Positions 17,229 through 25,848 of a DNA stretch of 35,848 nucleotides are shown piece by piece. Made by a program: the position numbers and the translations under genes. Numbering within the stretch: the stretch's first letter is position 1; each line of letters opens with the position of its first letter. The notes beneath the pieces are model-generated. The model was not told the origin of the DNA. It made no database searches and saw only the letters and a program-made list of their open reading frames with translations. The stretch comes from a virus (lineage: Duplodnaviria > Caudoviricetes), in IMG/VR virus record IMGVR_UViG_3300049144_000147, positions 1 through 35,848 of that record; one strand, 5' to 3'.

Positions 17229-18017
17229 TTACACCTTGCGCCAGCTCGGCACCCAGGCGCCGTCTTCGGTCACCGCGTAGTCCCCGAAGAGGGCCGGTGC
17301 CTCCTTCTTCATCAGCTCCCCCACCTTGCCGAAGACGAGCCGGATCTCTTCCTCGGCACCCTCGGCCGTGCGGGACTCGATGACGTGTCGCAGGGTGCGT
17401 ACGTTGGCCGTCCAGACCAGACCGGTGGCCAGGCCCTCCGGGGCGAAGCGGCGCATGAACGACGTCTTGTGCTTCTTCTCCTTGAAGGGCACATCCTCGT
17501 CGTCGAGACCGAAGTGGTCGGCCATCCAGAGCTGGAACTTCTCCATCTCGACCAGCAGGCGTACCGCCCGGGTCATCAGCTCGCCGTCCTGCTGGGCCCA
17601 TTCGGGGAACCAGACCGGCAGGTCGTCGAGTCGCACGAAGCGCAGGGACTCCTGAGAGATCGCGGTGCCCGCGCGATGCCGGACCTGCTCGTGGGTCAGG
17701 ACCCGACTGACGTTGTGGAACACGAAGTTGAAGTTGAGGTGTTCCAGGACGGAGCCGTGGGCGCTGGAGAGGATGTTCCCCAAGTATTTGTCCTGGTCGG
17801 TCCGAATGCGGGTCACGTTCGGGTTCAGGCCCGGCTCCCAGCTCCGGTAGCAGTAACGCCCGGCGAACTCCGCGAGGTTCTGCGCGTCGTTGAGTTCGCC
17901 CCGGTCGAGCCGTTCGAGCCAGCTCTCGCCGCCAACCTCCTTGAGGTATTCCGCGACTTCGTCGTAGTCGACAGACGGGCGGCCTATGAGACGAACCTCG
18001 GGCTGTACGAAGTGCAT
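17229..18017 (-). CDS. thyX: Flavin-dependent thymidylate synthase
   Basis: AGRYCY, HGSVLEH and HEQVRHRAGTAISQESLRF (RHRx7-8S) motifs, plus N.R and AEEEIR. Confidence 0.95.
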   Translation of the reverse strand: MHFVQPEVRLIGRPSVDYDEVAEYLKEVGGESWLERLDRGELNDAQNLAEFAGRYCYRSWEPGLNPNVTRIRTDQDKYLGNILSSAHGSVLEHLNFNFVFHNVSRVLTHEQVRHRAGTAISQESLRFVRLDDLPVWFPEWAQQDGELMTRAVRLLVEMEKFQLWMADHFGLDDEDVPFKEKKHKTSFMRRFAPEGLATGLVWTANVRTLRHVIESRTAEGAEEEIRLVFGKVGELMKKEAPALFGDYAVTEDGAWVPSWRKV

Positions 18018-18049
18018 TCGCGTTCTCCAGTTACGCCGATGGTGATCTT

Positions 18050-18352
18050 CTACTCGGTGAGGACTGGAAGTGGGGATGGTCCGAGGCCAGTGAAGGCGAA
18101 GCCGTCGTCAGCCGTGAAGGTGACCTCGATATCCCGCGCCGATGACCCGGGTATCCGGATCCACACGTCCTCGCTTCCGAAGGCCCTGAAGCGGGCTACG
18201 TCGCCGTATGCGCCGGTCTCCAGGTAGCCGCCCCAGTCCTCGATGGTGCGGTCTTGTGCTGAGTCAATGAAGGCCATCACGTCGAACGCCTCACCGTCAA
18301 CCAGGAGAACGGCGGGCCCAGAGTAGAAGTCCATATCGGAATGATCCCTCAT
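18050..18352 (-). CDS. Acidic hypothetical protein
   Basis: ORF track. Confidence 0.65.
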   Translation of the reverse strand: MRDHSDMDFYSGPAVLLVDGEAFDVMAFIDSAQDRTIEDWGGYLETGAYGDVARFRAFGSEDVWIRIPGSSARDIEVTFTADDGFAFTGLGPSPLPVLTE

Positions 18353-18485
18353 CCCGAGCGAATAGTGGGACTCCCGAGACGGAAGTACATGTCACAACCC
18401 ATGTACAGTCTCACCACTTTCAGCAAGAAGGGGAAAATACCCGGGACTACGAAGGCAACCCTAAGTCCTGATCTTCACAAATGAC

Positions 18486-18517
18486 GAAGCGTGGGTGACT
18501 GCAACCACCCACGCTTC
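18486..18517 (-). terminator. Perfect 12-bp hairpin
   Basis: GAAGCGTGGGTG-N8-CACCCACGCTTC. Confidence 0.65.
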
Positions 18518-18631
18518 CAAATGTCTGGACCAGCAGATGAATCCCCATCAGTAATGATGAACAGTGGAGAGACGGCTTTACCGTAACGGGGTTCCGGGTC
18601 AAGCCCATAGCCACGAGACGTTATTGAAGAA

Positions 18632-18988
18632 TCAGGGCCTCGGCGCCGAAGGCAGGTCGATCACCGGGAAGGCGAGCTGGGTCCCGCAGCCGGTGAAGAC
18701 GACGCGGTGGTCCCCTCTGTACCAGTAGGGGCTGATGCCCACACTCTGCTCGTCGTCCCGCTGAAGCCGCAGCCATCCCCGAACCGTAGCCAGGCTGGCC
18801 GGGTAGGCGGTCAGTTCCCAGGTGGCCTCCGGGACGCCGGGCGCCCGGACTTTCGCCGCGACGAGGTCGTGGCGGGTCATGTCGGTCAGGGTCAGGCTCT
18901 CGCCGTCGTAGACCATCCGGACCCCTTGGCATTCTCGCGGGATCCGCTCCAGAAGGTCGCACAGCTCGCGAACGGTCAGCACTGCCAC
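18632..18988 (-). CDS. Hypothetical protein
   Basis: RBS GAGGAGG before GTG 18988. Confidence 0.75.
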   Translation of the reverse strand: MAVLTVRELCDLLERIPRECQGVRMVYDGESLTLTDMTRHDLVAAKVRAPGVPEATWELTAYPASLATVRGWLRLQRDDEQSVGISPYWYRGDHRVVFTGCGTQLAFPVIDLPSAPRP

Positions 18989-19086
18989 GATGTTCCTCCT
19001 CAACTTGTTTCCGTCGCAACACTTTTCACTCGCGTCGCAGTTTCGCGGGAAGCCCTTCCCTTTTGCTGCGTCCCCGGCGCATGGTT

Positions 19087-19096
19087 GGCCTAGGCC
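19087..19096. promoter_or_regulatory. GGCCTAGGCC site 1 nt after CATGGT -10-like hexamer
   Basis: Same geometry as the 4714 site; lies in a divergent intergenic region. Confidence 0.65.
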
Positions 19097-19137
19097 CCAT
19101 TCAGGGCCCATCCCTACGACACGAAGGGCAACTGCCT

Positions 19138-19722
19138 GTGTCCACCACTCTCGCTCGTCCGGCTCCTCGCGAGACCGCCGAGCTGGCTTCGCAGATCCTC
19201 GCCGCGTGGATGGCCGACCCGGAGATGCCGCTCGTCCTCACCGGCAGCGTGAAGTACTCCTCGGACTGGGACGACTTCTACGGCCACGTGCTCATCGACA
19301 ACTACAACACCGAGCGCGACGCCGAGCCGCTGGTCACCGAGGCCCTGCGGGTGATGGCTCTCAAGTCGGCCGTGTACGCGCTGACCGGCGACGAGGTCGC
19401 CGCCGAGCTGCCGGTGCCGGTGCCGATCGACGCCACCTGCCACGCCCTGTGCGCGCAGTTCCTCGTCGTCAGCCGCATCCAGACGCGGACCGGCTACTCC
19501 TTCATCCACTCGACGGTCAACGAGCACACCGTCGGCACGGCGTGGACCACGGGGGACTACACGCAGGAGACGTACGAGCTGGCCTTCGGCTCGACGCCGG
19601 AACGGTACTGGTTCGACGGTGACGAGGCCGAGCGTCGCCGCCAGGTTCTCGACACCAAGTACCACTCGATCGGCATCACCGAGCGCGGGATGGCCAGCGC
19701 CATCGACTACGCCGTGGCGTAG
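19138..19722 (+). CDS. Hypothetical protein, weak resemblance to the glycine-rich-domain-containing (GRDP-like) family
   Basis: PVP.PIDATCHAL...G..FIHS pattern; very high GC3. Confidence 0.75.
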   Translation: MSTTLARPAPRETAELASQILAAWMADPEMPLVLTGSVKYSSDWDDFYGHVLIDNYNTERDAEPLVTEALRVMALKSAVYALTGDEVAAELPVPVPIDATCHALCAQFLVVSRIQTRTGYSFIHSTVNEHTVGTAWTTGDYTQETYELAFGSTPERYWFDGDEAERRRQVLDTKYHSIGITERGMASAIDYAVA

Positions 19723-19966
19723 CCGTCTCGGCGGGGGGCTCCGGCTGGTAGGCCGGTGCAACTCGGTCCGGCTCCAGTCCGACCTTGTCGGGATGGACGC
19801 AGGCCGGAGTCCCCTCGGCCGTGTACCGGAAGCCGTCCTCCGGATTGAACGGTGCCTCGCGCGTGGGCCGGTCGTAGACCACGAAGCCTTCGCGCGGGCA
19901 CCGCAGTGACGGGCAGATACCGCAAGCTCGGTGATCGGAATCCGGGTCGATGAAGGGGTCGCTCAC
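19676..19966 (-). CDS. Hypothetical protein (CGIC...CVHP)
   Basis: GTGA-coupled to the upstream gene; 3' overlap with the convergent gene. Confidence 0.7.
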   Translation of the reverse strand: MSDPFIDPDSDHRACGICPSLRCPREGFVVYDRPTREAPFNPEDGFRYTAEGTPACVHPDKVGLEPDRVAPAYQPEPPAETATPRRSRWRWPSRAR

Positions 19967-20145
19967 GATCGCCTCTCGGCTTGCGTGACGATGTCCGCCA
20001 CGTTCAACTCAGGCCCCGCATCGGGCCCCTGGTAGTTTCCGCCACAGGAGCAGTGCCAGCCGTCGTAGATGTAGCAGTGCTTGAAGTGCGGTCCGGCCGG
20101 GAGCTGGTTGTCGTTGGCCACGACCTGGTGTATCAGAAAGTTCAC
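19963..20145 (-). CDS. Small His/Cys protein
   Basis: GTGA overlaps on both sides. Confidence 0.7.
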   Translation of the reverse strand: MNFLIHQVVANDNQLPAGPHFKHCYIYDGWHCSCGGNYQGPDAGPELNVADIVTQAERRS

Positions 20146-20633
20146 TTTTCCGCCCCTTCGTTCGTGACTCCGTCGCCGACCTCCATGTCTCGCAGCACCT
20201 TCTCAACGAGCAAACGGGCAACGCCGGTACGGGCGGTATCCGGAATCTGCTCAGCGAAAGCCGCATCCACCGTTCGACGGATCCGGCCCTCGGTCTCGCG
20301 GCGCCAGTTCTCGACCGTCTCGGCGATGCGCCGCCCGGCCAACTCGTGGTAGCCCGGCGGGACTTCATTCTCGATGACTTCCGCCAGACGCCTCTGGAGC
20401 GTTCCCACGGTGCCCGGTATGGGGTACTCGAAAGGCGGCGGCCCCATGCGCTCGATGCACTTGGTGCAGGTGACCTCAGCATCCTCCGGATACCAGGTGT
20501 GCGAGTGCTTCGGGTCCAACCAGATCAGGCAAGCAGTGGCGTGACCACCAGCGGTGATGCTCCGCGCACCATGTACCGGATCAGTCCCGACGTAGCGCAC
20601 CCGAAAAGGGAACTTGACCGGCGGCAGGAGCAT
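20142..20633 (-). CDS. Hypothetical protein (H..C..CxxC)
   Basis: RBS GAGGA before ATG 20633. Confidence 0.75.
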   Translation of the reverse strand: MLLPPVKFPFRVRYVGTDPVHGARSITAGGHATACLIWLDPKHSHTWYPEDAEVTCTKCIERMGPPPFEYPIPGTVGTLQRRLAEVIENEVPPGYHELAGRRIAETVENWRRETEGRIRRTVDAAFAEQIPDTARTGVARLLVEKVLRDMEVGDGVTNEGAEK

Positions 20634-20685
20634 AGCGATCGTCCTCGTTTCGACTCTTCTCCACTTCCTTGTCGCCGAGTCTACC

Positions 20686-20695
20686 GGCCTAGGCC
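20686..20695. promoter_or_regulatory. GGCCTAGGCC site 2 nt upstream of a minus-strand TAGACT -10
   Basis: Perfect palindrome. Confidence 0.65.
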
Positions 20696-20948
20696 ACATT
20701 GCGCGAGCCCCCCGGGACGCCGGAACCCTTGGTGTCGTTGGGGGCCAGGGGCTCCGGCGCCGCACCTCGTTCGGGTCGAGGTGTCGTCAAGTTGTAGCAG
20801 AACGCGACCTTCCGCAACCGTGGTTCCAGGAAACCCCTCCGATCCGCCCTTCGCTTAGATCCGGTTCTGGAGAAGCGCATAACGTAACCCTGGATCCGAT
20901 ACTCCAGTCGCATGCAATTTCACGAGTTGGCCTACAACTGGCCTACGG

Positions 20949-20976
20949 GTAGCGCATAATGTGCGTTAAGAGTTCA
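20949..20976 (+). other. dif/res-like recombination site GTAGCGCATAA-TGTGCG-TTAAGAGTTCA
   Basis: 11-6-11 layout; left arm close to the E. coli dif XerC arm GGTGCGCATAA; upstream of the recombinase operon; extra AGCGCATAA at 20874-20882. Confidence 0.55.
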
Positions 20977-20992
20977 TCCCCCATCTGAACGG

Positions 20993-21247
20993 GTGTTCGA
21001 TATGCAGCGAGCCTGGTGCTTCGATCACGGGTTGCTTCACCACTTCGGCGAAGACGGCGAGTGGTGCACCGCAGCCTGGGTCCTCCTCTCCGGCGACACC
21101 GACGAGCAAGCCCTGAAGCAGAAGGAGCTGATCTGGGGATCGGCCCAGTTCTTCGACCAGCTCCCCCTCGATCGACAGGGCGGCCTGGTCGGCATGCTGA
21201 TGAAGCGCCAGGGCCAGACCGTCAAGGAGGCCATCGAAGCCTCATGA
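20993..21247 (+). CDS. Hypothetical protein
   Basis: ATGA-coupled to the recombinase. Confidence 0.7.
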   Translation: MFDMQRAWCFDHGLLHHFGEDGEWCTAAWVLLSGDTDEQALKQKELIWGSAQFFDQLPLDRQGGLVGMLMKRQGQTVKEAIEAS

Positions 21248-22347
21248 ACCTCCTCTCAACTCCCCCTAGGGCGGAGCTGATTCAGGGAGGCACGACCGCA
21301 GAAGACGCCTTCACCTGGCTCCGCGACACCCTAGGAACCGTCGCCCCTCGGGATCCGGTGACCAGGCGGCTCGGGACTCGGCGCCATCGCCTCGACCTGC
21401 TGACCGAGCTGTGCGAGCGGGAGACCTTCCTTCTTGTCACCTCCTGGCTTGGTTCGGAAGCTGTGCGCGCCGTCCAGTCGAAGCGGGACTACGCCGACGA
21501 CATCAGAATGTGGGCCGGAGTTGCCTGGGAACTGGGCGGTCACGAGCGGTTTTTCCTGGGGTGCATTTCCCCGGAAATGATCGAGACATGGACCAAGGCG
21601 CAGAAGGCTCGGAACGCGAAGCCACGCACCATCAACCGACGCCTGTCCGCGCTGACGTCGTTCACGAGCTTCGCCGCCTGGAAGCTCAAGGACACCTCGA
21701 TCGTTTCTCCGGTGAGCAAGTACGACCGTCCCTACGTCGACCCGAACGACGAGGCGACAGCTACGCCCATCCTGGAGAAGAACGAGTTCGAGGACGTGAT
21801 GCGGGCGACCGAGACGGTCCAGCAGGCCGTCACCGTGGCTCTCATCTACACCCTGGCGGGACGCGTCAGCGAGTGCTGCAAAGCCCAGATCTCCGCCCTG
21901 ATCACAGTCGATGGCAAGAAGAGACTGGACCTGCTCCGTAAGCGTTCCAAGGAGCGAGGCTGGCCCATCCCCGACACCCTCTGGGGTCTGCTCGAAGTGG
22001 CGATCGATGGTCGCACTGAAGGCGCCATCCTCCTGGACGACCAGGGTCAGCCGATGGACCGCCACGCGGTGGACCGGATGCTCACAAGGATCGGAAAAAG
22101 AGCGGGCGTACTGCTAGGCCGCGATCTCACTCCTCACGTCCTGCGGGCCAGCCGCCTGACCCACATGCATGACGAGGGTGCACCACTGGAGGAAATCCAG
22201 GAGTACGCCGATCATGCCTCGATCCTGACGACCCAGCGATACGTTCGGATGCGGCAGATCGGCGAACGCAGGGCCCGGCACGCTCAGTCGGCCGCCCAGG
22301 TCTACAGCGATCTCATCACGCGATTCACCGACAAAGCCACCGTTTGA
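21244..22347 (+). CDS. Tyrosine recombinase (XerC/D-like resolvase or integrase)
   Basis: Catalytic R (AGRVSE), K, HVLR, H (ADHAS), Y (TTQRY); N-terminal PRTINRRLSALTSF core-binding domain; RBS AAGGAGG. Confidence 0.93.
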   Translation: MNLLSTPPRAELIQGGTTAEDAFTWLRDTLGTVAPRDPVTRRLGTRRHRLDLLTELCERETFLLVTSWLGSEAVRAVQSKRDYADDIRMWAGVAWELGGHERFFLGCISPEMIETWTKAQKARNAKPRTINRRLSALTSFTSFAAWKLKDTSIVSPVSKYDRPYVDPNDEATATPILEKNEFEDVMRATETVQQAVTVALIYTLAGRVSECCKAQISALITVDGKKRLDLLRKRSKERGWPIPDTLWGLLEVAIDGRTEGAILLDDQGQPMDRHAVDRMLTRIGKRAGVLLGRDLTPHVLRASRLTHMHDEGAPLEEIQEYADHASILTTQRYVRMRQIGERRARHAQSAAQVYSDLITRFTDKATV

Positions 22348-22380
22348 TACGGCACTTGAGGCCGTGGTAGCTTGCCTCCA

Positions 22381-22448
22381 GCAGTCGGCCGCGCAAGCGG
22401 ATGTCTGCTTTCACGAGACCCCTGGGCCTTCCGGGGGTCTCGTCATTT
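22381..22448 (+). ncRNA. Candidate ~65-nt small RNA
   Basis: TTGATA-N18-TAGCTT promoter (22344-22373), GCAA-tetraloop hairpin, then a terminator hairpin. Confidence 0.4.
22413..22443. terminator. Hairpin between convergent genes
   Basis: ACGAGACCCCTGG / CCGGGGGTCTCGT. Confidence 0.7.
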
Positions 22449-22685
22449 CTGCCCCGTGAGCAGTTCTTCGTGCATCCCCCTCGGGCATGTGCAGCCGTCG
22501 GTCGGGGACCAGGACGGGCAGACGCTGGCGACTCCGGCGACGTGCTGACACGGCTCGTTCCAGAACGTCGTCTCGCAGCCGCACCGATCGTCGTTGTGCC
22601 AACGGGATACAGGTTGACGGCAGAGTTCGCAGACGAGGTACGGGTTGGCGAAGGAAACGTAGACGTGGGTCCGAGTGAAGGTCAT
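22443..22685 (-). CDS. Cys-rich small protein
   Basis: CxxC, CGC, PCxH, CTC motifs; divergent from the protease. Confidence 0.75.
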   Translation of the reverse strand: MTFTRTHVYVSFANPYLVCELCRQPVSRWHNDDRCGCETTFWNEPCQHVAGVASVCPSWSPTDGCTCPRGMHEELLTGQK

Positions 22686-22722
22686 AGGCTCAGGATCGCC
22701 CAGGCTGCGTATGCTTCGCGAC

Positions 22723-23619
22723 ATGATCTGCTCTTTCATTCCGCCTCACATCGCGAAGAAGGTCGCAGAGACCGACCACTCTTTCGCGTCCGGCATCCGG
22801 GTGGACACGAAGCTCCGCGCAGCGCGCGAAGAGACGGCGATGATTGCCGGTCCGATCACCGTCTACACCGCAGGCAACAGGACAGCCGTTCCGGGAAGAC
22901 TCGTCACGGAGGACGACGAGTGCGCAAACCGGGTGAAGGGGTACGCCTACCTCATATCCCAGGTACTCGGCGTGAACGAGTTCCCTGACGGCGTCGTGCA
23001 CTACGGGCAGGGGTACGCCAACGCGTTCTTCAACGGCAACTACCTGGTCTTCGGGGAGGGGGACGGGGAGGTGTTCGGCGACTTCACCAAGTCGCTGGAC
23101 ATCATGGCTCACGAGTTCGGCCACGCACTCGTCTCGCTGGGGCCGGGTCTGCTGTACCAGGGTGAGTCCGGCGCGATGAACGAACATCTCGCAGACGTCT
23201 TCGGCATCAGCGTCCAGCAGTGGGCCGCGCAGGACCAAGAGGACTGGCGTGTTGGCGAGGAAATCATGCTCGACGGCGTCTCGGCCGTGCGGGACATGCT
23301 CTACCCGGGCCAGGCGTACGACTCTCCGATCCTCGGCCGGGATCCGCAGCCGGGCCACATGGACCAGTTCCAAAAGATCAGGGGAGACAACGGCGGCGTC
23401 CACATCAACTCCGGCATCCCCAACCGGGCCTTTGCCCTGCTGTGCGAGAAGACCGGAGAGCCGAGCTGGGGAAGGCCGCTCGCCATGTGGCGCCGGGCCA
23501 TGCAGGATCTCGGTCCGCGCTCGGGGTTCCGGGATCTGGCGGCGGCCACGTGGCGGCACTCGGGCGGTCTGAACCCTGTCGTGCGCGAGGCGTGGGCCGA
23601 GGTCGGCATCTCCGTCTGA
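22723..23619 (+). CDS. M4 family (thermolysin/protealysin-like) zinc metalloprotease
   Basis: NAFF, HEFGH (HExxH), GAMNEHLADVFG, DNGGVHINSGIPN; short IPPH propeptide typical of protealysin-like enzymes. Confidence 0.93.
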   Translation: MICSFIPPHIAKKVAETDHSFASGIRVDTKLRAAREETAMIAGPITVYTAGNRTAVPGRLVTEDDECANRVKGYAYLISQVLGVNEFPDGVVHYGQGYANAFFNGNYLVFGEGDGEVFGDFTKSLDIMAHEFGHALVSLGPGLLYQGESGAMNEHLADVFGISVQQWAAQDQEDWRVGEEIMLDGVSAVRDMLYPGQAYDSPILGRDPQPGHMDQFQKIRGDNGGVHINSGIPNRAFALLCEKTGEPSWGRPLAMWRRAMQDLGPRSGFRDLAAATWRHSGGLNPVVREAWAEVGISV

Positions 23620-23714
23620 GGAAGTTGTTCGGCCGGAACAACGGAAACTGCACCGCACAAAATCAGGTCCACAGTTTCTGCCGTTTTCGGCGATCTTGGT
23701 GGTGAGATGGAGCC

Positions 23715-23867
23715 ATGGAGAACACACGCGAAGTGACACTCAGGCTGAACCTGGACAACGACATGGTCCGTGCTTGGTTCGAGCGCCTGATGGAAGGCAC
23801 GCGGCACCCGATGTACCAGAACGGCATCCAGCTCGTTCACACCCGGGAGGCGGAGAAGGGGCATTGA
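23715..23867 (+). CDS. Small hypothetical protein, 50 aa (MENTREVTLRLNLD...)
   Basis: Read by hand; GGAG before the ATG; followed by a hairpin. Confidence 0.55.
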   Translation: MENTREVTLRLNLDNDMVRAWFERLMEGTRHPMYQNGIQLVHTREAEKGH

Positions 23868-23877
23868 ACGGCGGGAT

Positions 23878-23906
23878 GGAGGAGTCGGCCACGCCAACTC
23901 CTCCTC
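23878..23906. terminator. Hairpin between convergent genes
   Basis: GGAGGAGT..GGC / GCC..ACTCCTCC. Confidence 0.55.
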
Positions 23907-23913
23907 GCGACGG

Positions 23914-24129
23914 TCAGACGATGTGGACCCGCTCGATGTCGGTTCCGTCGGCCTGGCCGAGGTACAGAACCTTCCCGTTCAGGAACTCGCGCTGCATGAA
24001 CGCGTAGATCTGGACGGCCCGGTTCGTCACGTCGTTCTGATTGAGGCCCGTGGCCCCCATCAGCTCGTCGAGATCCTGGGCGGCCTTCGGGATGAAGGTG
24101 ATGCTGGTGCGGCGGTTCTCGTTGGTCAT
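23914..24129 (-). CDS. Ribbon-helix-helix (CopG-like) DNA-binding protein
   Basis: RTSITF strand plus two helices (LDELM..TGL...DVTNRAV); RBS AAGGAGG. Confidence 0.75.
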   Translation of the reverse strand: MTNENRRTSITFIPKAAQDLDELMGATGLNQNDVTNRAVQIYAFMQREFLNGKVLYLGQADGTDIERVHIV

Positions 24130-24210
24130 AACCCCTCCTTGGCCTTCTTCTCCTTACGCATCAATCATACATCAAATTGACGCTTATTTAGTGATACCTC
24201 GGAGGATGCC

Positions 24211-24786
24211 GTGGCGCACGATTCGCTCGCCCAGGTGATGGTGGACTACGCCTCACAGGGCATGACCCTGGCGCAGATCGCAGCCAAGGTGGGCATGGAC
24301 GTCGAGGCCGTGCACGAGCGCATGACCTCGTACCTGGAGAACCAGGCGACCTCGATGTCCGTCGTGCAGATGCGCATGCTCCAGCTCAACCGACTGGAGC
24401 GCGTCATCCAGGCACTGTGGGATCAGGTCATGGCTGGCGACCTGATGACTCAGGGCCGGAACGTCAAGAACATGATCGAGACCATTCGGGAGATCACCGA
24501 GCTGATGGACCTGAAGAAGGACCGTCTGCGAGACGAGCAGGTGCGACTAACGCAGGCCCAGACGCAACTCGTGACCGCCTCGATCGACGCCATCCGGGTG
24601 GGCATGCTGGAGCGAGTCCTGGAGGTACTGCCCGAGGAGGCCCGGGAGGCAGTGGAGGTCACCTGGAACACTTCCTTCCCTGCCATGGCCGCCGACGCCA
24701 TCGCGCGCAACAAGGCAGCCGTGGTGAAGATGGGCGCGGGCGCGGGCCCCGTGGAGCTGGAGCCCATCATGGAGGAGACCGACTGA
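24211..24786 (+). CDS. HTH DNA-binding protein, probable terminase small subunit
   Basis: N-terminal HTH (GMTLAQIAAKVG) then helical RLE...LW...GD region; upstream of TerL. Confidence 0.65.
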   Translation: MAHDSLAQVMVDYASQGMTLAQIAAKVGMDVEAVHERMTSYLENQATSMSVVQMRMLQLNRLERVIQALWDQVMAGDLMTQGRNVKNMIETIREITELMDLKKDRLRDEQVRLTQAQTQLVTASIDAIRVGMLERVLEVLPEEAREAVEVTWNTSFPAMAADAIARNKAAVVKMGAGAGPVELEPIMEETD

Positions 24787-24790
24787 CCTC

Positions 24791-24949
24791 TCACGGAAGA
24801 AGCGGCAGGCCGCAGAAGGTACAGAGCCATCTGCTTCCGGCCCGGCGCTCCACCTCCCGTATCCACTCGTCGCTGACTCGACGGGCGAGCCAGGTAGGAC
24901 ATTCGCACATCGCGCTCGGCTTCGCCCCGTCGGGCGACTCAGTGCTCAT
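24791..24949 (-). CDS. Small Cys protein (CEC...CTFC)
   Basis: Overlap-coupled to the upstream ORF. Confidence 0.6.
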   Translation of the reverse strand: MSTESPDGAKPSAMCECPTWLARRVSDEWIREVERRAGSRWLCTFCGLPLLP

Positions 24950-25112
24950 CGCGTCGCACCCGCCTTCGCGGCAGTGGATCACCCGACTCGAAACGCTTCT
25001 TGAGGGCCAGTCCGAAGTTCTGCCACGGCTCCCAGCAACGGCAGAACTGATGGTGCCCTTGGCGGTAGTGCCGGGATCGCAGCCGCATGGCCTTGCGGTA
25101 TCGCCTGTTCAT
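24939..25112 (-). CDS. Small basic protein (MNRRYRKAMRLRSRH...), 57 aa
   Basis: Read by hand; stop overlaps the next start. Confidence 0.5.
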   Translation of the reverse strand: MNRRYRKAMRLRSRHYRQGHHQFCRCWEPWQNFGLALKKRFESGDPLPRRRVRRDEH

Positions 25113-25186
25113 TAACGGTCCATCCTGGGCGGTTCTTTTGGTTCGCCAGTCTCTCCCATTTGGGTGACGTCCGGTACGCTCTTTGC

Positions 25187-25747
25187 GTGACGACGATCGG
25201 CGACATCATCTACGAAGAGCTGCCCGCTTTCATGAGACGTACGGGCAAGGAAAAATTGCGCGTGCTGGAGGTCGGAGTTCTGCGGAACATCGACGCCGAG
25301 CACCTGGAAGGTGACGGTCATTCCACGATGGCCTTCACCCGCCTTCTCCATCAGCACCCGGGCAGTGAGTACGTCGGGATCGACCTCGACCCAAGCCACG
25401 CGCAGGCGGCCGTCGACTCCGAAGGGCTGGGCGGTTTCTGCACCTTCCATGCGGGCGACTCTGTGGAAACGATGTGGAGCCTCGCACTCGCCGGGGAGAA
25501 GTTCGACGTCATCTATCTGGACGCCGACAACTCCGGTTCGGCGACCATGCGGGAATACCTGCTGGCCGTCGACCTGGTGGCGCACCCGGGCCTGATCATG
25601 GGCGACGACATGAACACCGACCACCCCGAGGTGCGCAAGGGGCGAGTCCTCATTCCGTACCTGCGGGAAGAGGGTGCCACCTTCAAGCTGCGCCAGCGTC
25701 ACACGCCGTGGGACACCCGGGACATCCTCGTCCAGGAGATCGTGTGA
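25187..25747 (+). CDS. Class I SAM-dependent methyltransferase (Methyltransf_24-like)
   Basis: VLEVG..G.ST, YVGID, GDS, FDVIYLDA, G.IMGDD motifs; TACGCT 6 nt before the GTG. Confidence 0.85.
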   Translation: MTTIGDIIYEELPAFMRRTGKEKLRVLEVGVLRNIDAEHLEGDGHSTMAFTRLLHQHPGSEYVGIDLDPSHAQAAVDSEGLGGFCTFHAGDSVETMWSLALAGEKFDVIYLDADNSGSATMREYLLAVDLVAHPGLIMGDDMNTDHPEVRKGRVLIPYLREEGATFKLRQRHTPWDTRDILVQEIV

Positions 25748-25848
25748 CCACATGGACGTTGACCCGGTGGCGCTGCATCTGCGGCAAACGGCACGCCCCG
25801 TGGTGGCGTTCGACCCAGGCCCCCTCCTGTACCGCCAAGAGGAAGTGA
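25744..25848 (+). CDS. Very small protein, 34 aa (CICG.H...C)
   Basis: GTGA overlaps at both ends. Confidence 0.45.
   Translation: MTTWTLTRWRCICGKRHAPWWRSTQAPSCTAKRK

Noticed and set aside
23715-23867. Emfourin inhibitor gene
   Set aside because: About half the expected length and lacks the N-terminal GG(F/I)AG-type motif
25017-25049. Inverted repeat AGTTCTGCC/GGCAGAACT as an ncRNA
   Set aside because: Falls within a plausible small minus-strand CDS (24939-25112); no independent support
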